From the NCBI GenBank assembly GCA_030141605.1, contig JAQGDQ010001523.1, positions 1-36,557 of the forward strand: a stretch of 36,557 bases of DNA. The letters run 5' to 3'. Of the stretch, positions 1-10,143 are shown piece after piece. This DNA comes from Tubiluchus corallicola. Lineage: Eukaryota; Animalia; Priapulida. A program made the position numbers and the translations under genes. The notes under the pieces were generated by a model. The model searched no databases, had not been told where the DNA came from, and was given only the letters and a program-made list of their open reading frames with translations. Each line of letters opens with the position of its first letter. The first letter of the stretch is position 1.

Positions 1-15
1 TGGGTGTTTTTACAG

Positions 16-193
16 CTGTGGGTGTGCAAGATCAACGAAGAGGAACGATGGCGTAAGTACAAGTGTAGATACAGCACCATATACAAGGGGGAATGCGTCT
101 GCAAGAACAAAGGTTCTCCTGGTAAAGACGCAAAAGTCGATCGGCGAGAGAGAACCAAACAGAGAGTCTTCATCGAAAATCATGTCGGAAAAG
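16..193 (+). CDS. Sulf1: Sulf exon A (start of hydrophilic domain; upstream catalytic exons lie outside the window)
   Basis: ttttacAG|CTG ... AAAG|GTaatc. Encodes LWVCKINEEERWRKYKC...ECVC...QRVFIENHVGK, resembling SULF1 KWQCIEDTSGKLRIHKC...ECSC...QRQFLRN. Ends in phase 1. Confidence 0.88.
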
Positions 194-465
194 GTAATCA
201 CACCATTGCCTGCTATAACTTCTGTTTATTTTTCGATTGTATGGTGCAGTTCGCTTAATAAAACACACGGGTGATAATTCAGCCACTCACTGTGACCGCT
301 ATGGCTGGGACGGAACTGTGTAGTGCTTTAATCTATCGAAATCCGCCATTTATTTAATCCAAACTTGGCTTTATGAATCCACCTTCCACGCTGGGAAGAC
401 AAAATTGCGACGTAACACCAGATGATTGTCCTGCCTTTTAACTTGGACACCTTTCTATCATGTTG

Positions 466-594
466 ATTTAAAATACAGTAGAATCAGCTTAATAAATGTA
501 CGGATGATGATAAATCTAGTGTATATGTCTGTACACATATAGACTCGATTTATCATCCGTACATTTATTAAGCAGATTCTACTGTATTTTAAAT
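466..594. mobile_element. Palindromic pogo/Tigger-like MITE (TA|CAGTAGAATC...GATTCTACTG|TA)
   Basis: Near-perfect inverted repeat 466-594 with CAGT termini at 476 and 584 flanked by TA. An (AT)n run follows to ~620. Confidence 0.75.
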
Positions 595-859
595 AAATAT
601 ATATATATATATATATATATGCCCAATGCCCTTTGTGATGTCATTGATAGTTGGGCTTACCTGCTGTTAATTAAGTTTTTAATCTATAGATTATTAACAT
701 AGGAAACACTACTTAATAGGTCTCTTAGGTTTATAAATTGAGCCACTTACTAAATCTATTTAACTCCACCCCTAAGCAGAGTACATTGTAATGTGATGTT
801 GTTTCCATTGTACTCACTGTAAGTAGGTTAATTTACGTACTTTGTTTGAACTGATTTAG

Positions 860-1012
860 AATTTCGGCCAAAATTCATCAAACCGCCAAAGAATAACCAA
901 AGACTGCCTCGTGCAGCGAGCAGAAAATCAAAGACGAGCCGTAAAACGCGGAAGGATTTGGATGCAAGCCTGCCCCATGATGACATCATCGGCTGGGAAC
1001 CTCCCACTGAAT
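860..1012 (+). CDS. Sulf1: Sulf exon B
   Basis: gatttAG|AA ... GAAT|GTgagg, phase 1 to 1. EFRPKFIKPPK... matches SULF YKPRFV, followed by a basic stretch. Confidence 0.85.
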
Positions 1013-1043
1013 GTGAGGCATGCTGTTTCACTTATACCCAACT

Positions 1044-1570
1044 TACACTCCTATCTCGGTTTGTCGGACCTCACTTTTATGGATATCAAAAGAATTGAAC
1101 AAAATTTGGACCGTTAAACAGTCCCGCATACTATGGACGAAGTCCATTGTTTCGTGTGTGAGTAGTAAGTAGTGTGTAACGACTCGTGTGCAGACCACGA
1201 GTAGTGTCCCGCGTACTACGGACGCAGTCCATTGTTTCTTGTGTGAGTAGTAAGTAGTGTGTAACGACTCGTGTGCAGACCACGAGTAGTGGCCCGCGTA
1301 CTACGGACGCAGTCCATTGTTTCGTGTGTGAGTAGTAAGTAGTGCGTAACGACTCGTGTGCAGACCACGAGTAGTGTGTAACGACTCATGTGCAGACCAC
1401 GAGTAGTGCGTAACGACTCGTATGCAGCTCACATGCCAGCATACTTAAGTGTTTAATCAGCATATTTAAGAGCTAATTATGGAGAGGTTTTTGAGTGAAT
1501 TGTCGACAGTTTTTACATACTTTTGCACAGGAATGACCAGTAATAGACGTTTTTGAGACAATTAGGCGAT
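1044..1570 (+). mobile_element. Dispersed MITE-like element (pogo-like 5' end) with internal 85-bp x3 and 32-bp tandem repeats
   Basis: 1044-1138 and 1470-1570 align with 17384-17660. 85-bp units start at 1123, 1208 and 1293. Confidence 0.65.
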
Positions 1571-1988
1571 TGATTCTACATTACCGTGAGTCTAATGCAC
1601 GGCGCCTACCGTATTAGCTTAGTATTGGTAAATATGAACAGTCGCTTAATGCGGACCGACATTTCCCCACCATTGTCCCTCAAACTGAGATATGAGTGTA
1701 CTTGTTAAGTTAATGTATACGTAAACCGATTTTAAACGAACAATTGCTTAAACTTGATTAATTTATGCAAACAAAATGCTCGTGTATTGTTCGTTACTTG
1801 CGTTTTATCATTTCTAATTGTAAAAATAGACAACTGTGTACTCAAAGAAATGATGGCTTTGTTTCTCCTATATCTGTAAAGTTGCAAAATTTTCTGAGCA
1901 ACCTGTATTTTTTCTCTGTTCTAGTGAAATGTAAAAATCACTCCGTCTTCAATGATATTTAGTCAACCTTGTGTTTTTTTCATTTTAG

Positions 1989-2143
1989 CATGGAGCAACT
2001 TTTACAGTGATTGCAAATATTCTAATAATGGCACCATTGACTGTTATCCCCCAGTTTACAGAGACATGTCCTCATGGAAGGTGAAGAAACAAGCCATCGA
2101 CTATCATATTAGAATTTACAAGGAGCAGCTGGACAAGCTTAAG
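1989..2143 (+). CDS. Sulf1: Sulf exon C
   Basis: cattttAG|CA ... AAG|GTgatg, phase 1 to 0. DCKYSNNGTIDCYPPVYRDMSSWKVKKQAIDYHIRIYKEQLDKLK resembles SULF1 [45 protein letters not shown]. Confidence 0.92.
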
Positions 2144-2364
2144 GTGATGCAAATGTCTTTCTTTATATATAAATTTGTTGATATTGAGTCATGGGAAGCA
2201 AGAGTTTATAGTAGTGTAATAAAGAAGAAGAAGGAAGAAAAGAAACTTGGGCCTAACGACATGGGGATAGAAGATAACGTTATCTGTATTAGTAACTTCA
2301 TTATACAGGGAGGCCAATTTGTTGCCCCATTGCTTTCTTCCCTCACTGCATTAGCAAGTACTTT

Positions 2365-2910
2365 GTGAAGGCCAGGTACTCAGTAAAGGCCACATGCTCA
2401 GTCAAGGCCCGGTGCTCAGTCAAGGCCCGGTGCTCAGTCATGGCTTGGTGCTCAGTCAAGGCCAGATGCTCAGTCAAGGCTTGGTGCTCAGTCAAGGCCA
2501 GATGCTCAGCCAAGGCTTGGTGCTCAGTCAAGGCGAAATGCTCAGTCAAGGCTTGGTGCTCAGTAAAGGCCAGATGCTCAGTCAAGGTTAGATGCTCAGT
2601 CAAGGCCAAATGCTCAGTCAAGGCTTGGTGCTCAGTCAAGGCCAGATGCTCAGTCAAGGCTTGGTGCTCAGTCAAGGCCAGATGCTCAGTCAAGGCCAGA
2701 TGCTCAGTCAAGGCCAGATGCTCAGTCAAGGCTTGGTGCTCAGTCAAGGCCAAATGCTCAGTCAAGGCTTGGTGCTCAGTCAAGGCCAGATGCTCAGTCA
2801 AGGCTTGGTGCTCAGTCAAGGCCAGATGCTCAGTCAAGGCTTGGTGCTCAGTCAAGGCCAGATGCTCAGTCAAGGCCAGATGCTCAGTCAATTCAGTCAA
2901 GGCCAGACGC
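2365..2910. repeat. 18-bp minisatellite (TGCTCAGTCAAGGC + CAGA/TTGG), about 30 units, intronic
   Basis: Direct tandem periodicity. Explains the repetitive ORFs at 2343-2945. Confidence 0.97.
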
Positions 2911-3003
2911 TCTGTTCTGAATTGGGAATAGTTTTTAATTATTAGTAAACCATGTTTAATTGCTGTAGTGGAAGTCGTTGATGTTGATCATTTTTTCACT
3001 CAG

Positions 3004-3194
3004 GACCTGAGGCAGCAACTGAAGGAACATCGCCCCGCCACGAACGACCCGTACCCGGAAGATGGAGAGATATGCATTTGTGAAGATGAAATCGACTACG
3101 CTAATTCCACCGTCTCCCTTCAAGATACTGACGACGTCACCTTTTCTCGAGTGTTTGGCGAAGACAGCAATAGTGCTCAAACCTGGCCAAAAAG
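3004..3194 (+). CDS. Sulf1: Sulf exon D
   Basis: cactcAG|GAC ... AAAAG|GTacag, phase 0 to 2. DLRQQLKEHRP...EICICE resembles SULF EVRGHLKRRKPEECSC. An alternative same-phase donor lies at 3233/3234. Confidence 0.85.
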
Positions 3195-3300
3195 GTACAG
3201 TATTAATGATGTTTATCAAATGATTTGCCTCAGGTAAAATACACAGGCTTTTTTATCGTCGTGTCAAAAGGTCCAGTCGGCTATTTACACTTTTCTAATG

Positions 3301-4346
3301 CAGTAAGTCTTTGCTTGACGACAGTATTGTATTCTAGCAAAATGCGATGCTAGGCGAAACATCGTTAAACGAAGCCACATCTTCCATAGAAAGCAATGTA
3401 AAAGAATTGAGATGGGTTCCAGGGGCAAAAATCAATGCTGCTATGAACACATGATTTAAACACTTTATAATCATGATCACAGTTTTTCTTAGTTCTCGCT
3501 CCATTTCATCTTTCCTTCACTACTCCCCCCACTTTTATGTATATATTATCATTATTTCAATTATTAATCACTTATTTAAGATTTCCACGTACAGTTTGGC
3601 CTGTCAAGCTATGCTTTTAGGCTCAAACTGTATGCATCAAAATTATTCTGTAATGTAATTTGCACATGTATATGCTGCATTTTGTAATTTCTGGATAACA
3701 CTGCATTTATATTTATATTTACTTCAGTGAAATTATCTGAATTTTTATTATAACTGTTAGATGCAAAGTGGAAATTTATAAGTTTTTTCATATTTCTACT
3801 GATTAATTTCTTTCCGTTTGCTTGAAACTACTGATCTCTTTACCAATACCCTGCTAGCTGTTTCTTTTTTGTTAAAATTGAAGCCTACGCACTTAGCGGT
3901 TAAACGCTGCATAGTGAATGCCAAGCCTGGGCGACTTTCAGACACTTTCATCTAGATACTGAGTCTGGTTGCTATAGGAACAGATTAGGGATAAAATTCT
4001 TTCACGTAAAGTATGCAATTAGGTTCGTGGAGGCGTATAAATTGCAAATAGACCTCGCTCAAGCGGCTAGCATTTAGTGTTCAGGCGGGAAACAAAAACG
4101 TATGATAAATAACTGTTTTACCTTACTAGTGTGTTTTTAGAATAGAATAACGCAGTACGTACAGTTTTAGTTGTTGAAATATGGTAAAAATTTGTTGATC
4201 GAAAGAAAAATGGCTTTGAGCAGAGCGTAAAAGTCGTTGTTAAAATGAAACGTGCGTTGTTAAGCGAGGAAAAGGTGTCAAATGTTCAGCATTGTTAAAA
4301 CGAAATGTCGCTAAGCGGGGGGGAGTCGTTAAGCGAGGACTTACTG
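3301..4346. mobile_element. Non-autonomous pogo/Tigger-like DNA transposon
   Basis: TIRs CAGTAAGTCTTTGCTTGACGAC (3301) and GTCGTTAAGCGAGGACTTACTG (ends 4346), with subterminal GTTAAGCG repeats. Confidence 0.75.
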
Positions 4347-4715
4347 CATTGAATTTGAAAAAAATGTTATTGCGTTACATTCATTAATTACTGCTTGTCA
4401 CTGCAGCCATGTTTGTAGACAGAAAGCAATAGAGAGTTGCAGTCAAACAGTAGATAATTATATTCTAAAACAGTCACAGTCACGGTCAGAATCACACCCA
4501 CTACGTTTTTGTTCCAGTCCCCGACTCTGCACGTAAATTTTTGAAGCATCTAAACAATTTCAATGCTTTAGACATCACGAGACGAGACAGAACACGCAGT
4601 TACAAACCAAGGTACACGTGTTTGTGCTATCTAGCACAAAATTGCGCATAAACTGTCCACACTGACAGTTAAAAAAATGTACAAATGGCTTGTGATTGTA
4701 AAAAGTGCTCTAGAG

Positions 4716-5554
4716 CAGTGGCGGCTCGCAGCTATTAGTCGGGCGCCACTTCAGAAAGTTCTAGTTTTTGTTTTAATATTGTGTGAAACGAAAGAAACGT
4801 GTAATTTGTAATTGTAATTTAAAACAAAACAAACATACGAAAGTTTATGCATCTACTCGATACAATCCTAAACAAAAAATATTCTTTGCTTACTAATAGC
4901 CTAAATTGTCGCAGTTCAAGCTTGATCCATTCATGGTACGCATGTGGCAACTGACAACAAACTGTGTGAGCGACAGTACTTTTTCTACCTGGGCTCAGAC
5001 ATGTGCATGGCCACACAAAAACCAAACACCGCATTCCTGTAGCGCATTGTGCTGGGTTGTGAAACAAACAGTACTACCCTCACGTGCTCTGGTTACGTAC
5101 AAGTATAAAGAAAAAACTTAAGAAAAAAGACTTATTATACTGAACATTATCAATAATATTGAGTGAAAATAGGGGGTGCTGCAATTCCTCGGTGCCTGTA
5201 CACGAGCTGCCACTGCCAGCCAACTTGTTAAAACGCCTCTGCAACAATAGCCCGTAAAGTTTCCGACAAGTTCCAATTGCTATTTTCAGGGCACTGCGGT
5301 GTCCTGAGCTGTACTTGTTTTATCCAATAATCCTCAGTTTCAGATAGTTTAGGGACAGAACATTGGCTGATTGAATTGGACGTATTTTCCCGTCCATCTT
5401 CTACGATTTCTAATGCCCATTTCACAGTGAAGATACAAAGAAAAATGACGCGTGGAATTGCCGTCAAATGTTCAGAAATTTTTCTGAAAATTTCGAGATT
5501 TTTCTCGAAATCCCATGCATCAAGAAAGCTTATTTGCCACACGGGTCGCCACTG
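4716..5554. mobile_element. Non-autonomous hAT (Charlie-like) element with perfect 8-bp TSD
   Basis: CTCTAGAG|CAGTGGCGGCTCG ... CGGGTCGCCACTG|CTCTAGAG (TSD 4708-4715 and 5555-5562). Confidence 0.88.
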
Positions 5555-5883
5555 CTCTAGAGTATAAATGATTTTAGTCTTGATCATTGTGACTTTATAA
5601 TGACGTCAGTTCCACTCCCAAAATCATGAAAAATCGTCCTCTGATTGTAGGGCGAACTCTCTATTATGTGTCCGTAAGTATCTTTACATATGTCATGTGC
5701 TATGATTAGTAGTACGGGCAGTTTGCAACGTATTTACGTACAATGTACATGAAAGTATTTGTCGTTTTTAGTAGGATGTAAAAATTTGGGCTTTTGCTTT
5801 ATGTGACGTTTATACTGTATGTACAAAAAACTAGCAGACTTTCTGGTTCATTATGCGAGTTGAATCTTGCGGTGTTTGAACAG

Positions 5884-5982
5884 AAGAAAGAAGAAAAACT
5901 ACACGAAGAAGAAGAAGAACAAGCGTCGTGCGTCAGTGTTCAGGACTGATGACTTTGATGATACGTTATCAAATAACTATAG
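5884..5982 (+). CDS. Sulf1: Probable 99-nt symmetric Sulf exon (polybasic)
   Basis: tttgaacAG|A ... TATAG|GTgaca, phase 2 to 2, open in frame: RRKKKNYTKKKKNKRRASVFRTDDFDDTLSNNYR. Purine-rich, coding-like composition. Confidence 0.72.
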
Positions 5983-6087
5983 GTGACAAGCTACAGGTCC
6001 TAAACTGTGATAGTAGTAATGACTGCTTTTGTGTGGCATTTGTGTTCTATTTAGTTGCCGGTTTTATTTCTCCAGTCTTGTTGCCAT

Positions 6088-6523
6088 TAGGGATGAGCAT
6101 CGAATGTTCAAATTCGGTTCGAACCAGTTTTTTTAGTTCGAAATTGATTCGAACCTAAGATTATAGATTCTGTAATATTCTAAAATTCTATAACAGATTC
6201 TAAAATTATAAAAGTATAAAAACATCGTTAAACAGTTTGGAACAACATGCAGTTAGCACAATTTAGCTGCCGTTTCTTTAGCTTTTTCGGTTAGCTGCAA
6301 TTTTGCTGCAAGATTTTTAACAAATGATTTGTGGTTTTACTGCAGAACAAAATCAAATAATGTGCATGATTTTTGTAGGACCACTTTTTACTAGTGGTTC
6401 AAAAACTTGTCCGAAAATCTTTCAAACTCATTTCGACTACCGAAATTCTGTTCAATTTGAATTCAAAAGTCAGAAATTTGACTCGATTCGAATTCGCTTT
6501 CTGGTAGAGAATGCCCACCCCTA
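6088..6523. mobile_element. hAT-like MITE (TAGGGATGAGCAT...ATGCCCACCCCTA), copy 1
   Basis: TIRs, many internal TTCGA motifs, and a homologous copy at 20739-21132. Confidence 0.75.
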
Positions 6524-7214
6524 CTTGTGATTCATTATCATTTATGATAATTTAATTTTATACATAATGTTTTACGTTTTATTAATATTTATTGACAGGG
6601 CCGACTCTAGGTAGTTTGACACCCTAGGCAAATTAAATTTTAGCGCCCTTTTTGTAACTGTGACAAGAGTTGAAACTTACTACTTATTATCTGCGATTTG
6701 TCCTTCCCCATATTTTAAAAGGGATAGTGTATTTGCGGGATCATGCGAACCATCTGAAATCGACAAATTTTTGCGAAATTTTGACCTTTCAAATTTGCCA
6801 TTTCGAATATTGCATAATCTTATCGCGAGGCTTTTTGAGCAGTTGTTAGACAAAGCGATTTCATGGTAGACAGTGGGTTTCCGCATGGTTCCCCACCGCT
6901 AACTGCATTGATGGCAACAATAATATCGTTTATTTTATACTGAATTGTGTAGATTTGCACCTTTGATGTAAGATCACTTTACTCTGTCTTAAGGAAATAC
7001 GTCGATGCGCGTATCAACAATCTTCGTAGTACAAATTCAAAATATTACCAAATTAGCAGTATTCAATTGGTATTGTGAGATGTCATTAATTTATAAAAAC
7101 AATTTTTGTTTTAGTTTATCATTATCACATTCAGTACAATATAATGACATTAAGCGCACAGTGGCATCAAAATTATTACATCATACTATATTAAATTGTT
7201 ATGTTTCATACATT

Positions 7215-7760
7215 ATCGTTATCATAAAAGAATAATTGTACTGCAGTGGGCTAGAGAGGCAAAGGCTTGTATAAGCCCACTGTCATGTAAACCCGATAAA
7301 AAAAGAATAGATGAGTGAACAAAAAAAAGAACTGGGAGAAAGGTTAGATCACACAGGAAGGGTAGAAGGATGTGTTAGTGGAAATGGTAGGAAGAAAGAT
7401 AATAGATTGCGCTATGTTGACATCAGCTCTAAAGATTTATTAATGATGCCTTGTTTTGCATAATCTGTACCAGGATTGTGATATGGCTGCTGCAGTAGGT
7501 GTAGGATATTAAGAAGTGCTGTACTTGTTGAGAATCATTGCTCTGTATTTCTTTTTAAATTTTTGAATTGGCTGAACAGTTATTTGTGTCATCATTTATG
7601 TCATTCCAAAGCCTTGGACCAATATTTTTGCAATGAATTGCCGTGCCAGGTCTGTTATAACCATAAAAAACTGCTTCAATGTATCAAGTGCGTTAGTATC
7701 TTAGGGAACCATAGTGAATAGGTTGTCTAATCGTCAAATAAAGACTGGTTCTTAGGAGTA
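7215..7760 (-). mobile_element. 3' fragment of a CR1-group (L2/Crack/Daphne-like) LINE
   Basis: The minus strand encodes NIGPRLWNDI...FKKKYRAMILNKY (GP.LWN motif, frameshifted). A terminal hairpin CAGTGGGCT...AGCCCACTG lies at ~7244-7282. Confidence 0.65.
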
Positions 7761-8005
7761 TTATAGGCCCGAAGCGGTCGTGGTAGAATTTATACGTTTA
7801 CATTAGACAGTCATCGCCAAAATACCCTTGTCAATTGTCACAGTCCCTCCTGTATCCCAAAATTGAATTTTTCTTGTATTATGTTACTTTTACTAAAATA
7901 TAATGGTACCTGTGCGTTAGCAAGAATTGGGCACCCCCAAAATTTAAAAATCAAAGCAACTGCCTAGTTTGTGTAGTGGTAGAGTCGGTCCTGTCTGTTG
8001 ACGTT

Positions 8006-8256
8006 AGTTTTTGTTTTTAGCATTTTTGACGCGTGTATTTTTTTAGCATTTTTGACGCGTGTATTTTTGTTTTTAGCATTTTTGATGCGTGTATTTTTGT
8101 TTTTAGCATTTTTGACATGTGTATTTTTGTTTTTAGCATTTTTGACACGTGTATTTTTGTTTTTAGCTTTTTTGACGCGTGTATTTTTGTTTTTAGCATT
8201 TTTGACGCGTGTATTTTTGTTTTTAGCATTTTTGACATGTGTATTTTTGTTTTTGC
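8006..8256. repeat. 30-bp minisatellite (TTTTTGTTTTTAGCATTTTTGACGCGTGTA), about 8 units
   Basis: Direct tandem periodicity. Confidence 0.95.
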
Positions 8257-8380
8257 AAGGCTGCATTTGCATCTGTGGTGGCATTAATTTTAGAATGTTG
8301 GTTTCGTTGTTGGGTTAACTTAGTTTTATATGTCTATGTTATGAAACATTTATTTGTGTTTTATTAGAGCTAGTACCTTG

Positions 8381-8606
8381 ATAATAATAATAATAATAAT
8401 TTCGTTTAGTCCGGGGATAACACCTTAAATACCTTAAAGCTCATTTCCAAGGTGGTCCCGATTGTTATTACCAGCATGTTACTTTGATAAACCCACATGC
8501 TTGATCGAAGAACCAGTGGTAAGTTTTTGGTGTGACTCGGATGGGAGTCGAACCTGCAACCTCCCAGATGGGAAGTGAACACACTACCATTGAGGTATAC
8601 CATCCA
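8381..8606 (-). mobile_element. tRNA-derived SINE with (ATT)n tail
   Basis: Minus strand: A-box-like TACCTCAATGGTAG, B box GGTTCGACTCC, core GTCACACCAAAAACT, a LINE-like tail GACCACCTTGGAAATGAG...GTGTTATCC, then (ATT)n. Confidence 0.75.
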
Positions 8607-9438
8607 GTCTTTACTCCTTCAGAAGCATAAGCGTTTGCTGCGTTTTGCATGGATCCATGAAAACTGCTCTCACTAAGCAGCGATTGCATTATATTTGTAG
8701 GTTTCTACTCCTCACACAACGAATTTTCATGAAAAATTATATATGAATTGCACTTGCTCACCTTAGACAAATTTAAAATCACTTTTTGACAAATAACTTG
8801 AAAAAGGTTTTCAGTAAGTACAGTGTTTGCACTGTTATAAAGTATGGTACGACTTGCGTGAAGTCGGCCAATGCAGAAAATTTTAACTATCCAGACACAC
8901 CACTCTGATATACTTTGGTTTCAAATCTATTCTATTTTTACGGAGAAGGTCCTGGTAAAAGATGAAATGACCTAAATTTGTCTTTGGCTGATCCGTTGAT
9001 TTTTCCTGGAATAGCGGCAGAACATTGTACAGCTTGAGCTCTAACAAACAGGCGATCAGTAAAATAGCGTGTACGATCACGCAAGTGTACGCCAGACTAA
9101 TCTACTCAACAAGCTAAGCTGGAGAGTCTGAAGAGGGCATGTTTTTCTTAATTTTATTCAATTATTAAATGTTTAAACAAATAGCCAATATTCTCCTAAG
9201 TAGAGCAGTACTTAATTCGTAATCATTTAGTAATCGTGTCTGTGCTGATTACAATCATAGGTCTCATAAGGCCTATTTTGAATGGTGTGGTCATGCAAGA
9301 GTTAAAGAAAATTTCAAACCCTCTATTGCCTCAATGTTGTGAAAGTATTGCCTCAAGACTCCCATTCCATTTACTTGTTTTGCCATTAGCTTTCGTAGAC
9401 AAGACTGTGATTTTATCAGAATTGTTGCGTTTTCGTAG

Positions 9439-9674
9439 ATCGGATGGTAGAAAAAAACTGAAGAAGGATCACAGGAAGGCAATGCTGTCCAAGGCCAGGC
9501 TGGAAGAACGGGAGATGCGGAGGAGGGAAAAGATGGAGCGACGGGAAGCAAATTTGCAGCGGAAACTGAAGAGGCAGAGTCGCAAGCAGCGGAACATGGC
9601 ACTGTGCAACGAGAAGAGCATGAACTGTTTTTCTCACGACAACAACCACTGGAGAACGTATCCGTACTGGATTT
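9439..9674 (+). CDS. Sulf1: Sulf exon E (basic cluster and start of C-terminal domain)
   Basis: ttttcgtAG|A ... ATTT|GTaagt, phase 2 to 1. ...CNEKSMNCFSHDNNHWRTYPYW resembles SULF [22 protein letters not shown]. Confidence 0.96.
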
Positions 9675-9684
9675 GTAAGTTTGT

Positions 9685-9880
9685 GTTCATTTTAGGGGGT
9701 TTCAAATGTTACTCTGTAAAATTACCCATAAGAGGAATGAAAATCTGTTCATTTTAGGGGGTTTCAAACGTTACTCTGTAAAATTATCTATAAGAGGAAA
9801 GAAAATCGTTCATTTTAGGGGGTAAGAGAAATGAAAATCTGTTCATTTTAGGGGGTTTCAAACATTACTCCGTAAAATTA
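9685..9880. repeat. ~62-bp tandem repeat (about 3.5 units) just after the exon E donor
   Basis: GTTCATTTTAGGGGG recurs at ~9685, 9747, 9808 and 9841. Confidence 0.85.
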
Positions 9881-10143
9881 TTCAAAATTATCATTTGATA
9901 ATACTTAATTGTATATGTAACACTTATGACATGATAACTGAGCATACTAAACTCCACTTTTTATGATATTAATTTGAACATGAAATACATTGTAAGGAAA
10001 AAAATCCAAAATCGAACAGGTAACTCAAAGAATGAACTTTTGCCAACATACTGAAATGATGACTGTAAGGAAAGTAAATCTTTATTTTAGATTTTTGAGT
10101 GGGATGTATTTTTACCATTTTTATTACCCATTTTTCTTACTAG

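Noticed and set aside
2343-2945. Long repetitive ORFs in the 18-bp array
   Set aside because: The unit length is a multiple of 3 and lacks stops. The array lies in a Sulf intron, so the ORFs are artefacts.
3968-3981. X-box GTTGCTATAGGAAC
   Set aside because: An isolated motif inside a MITE with no supporting context.
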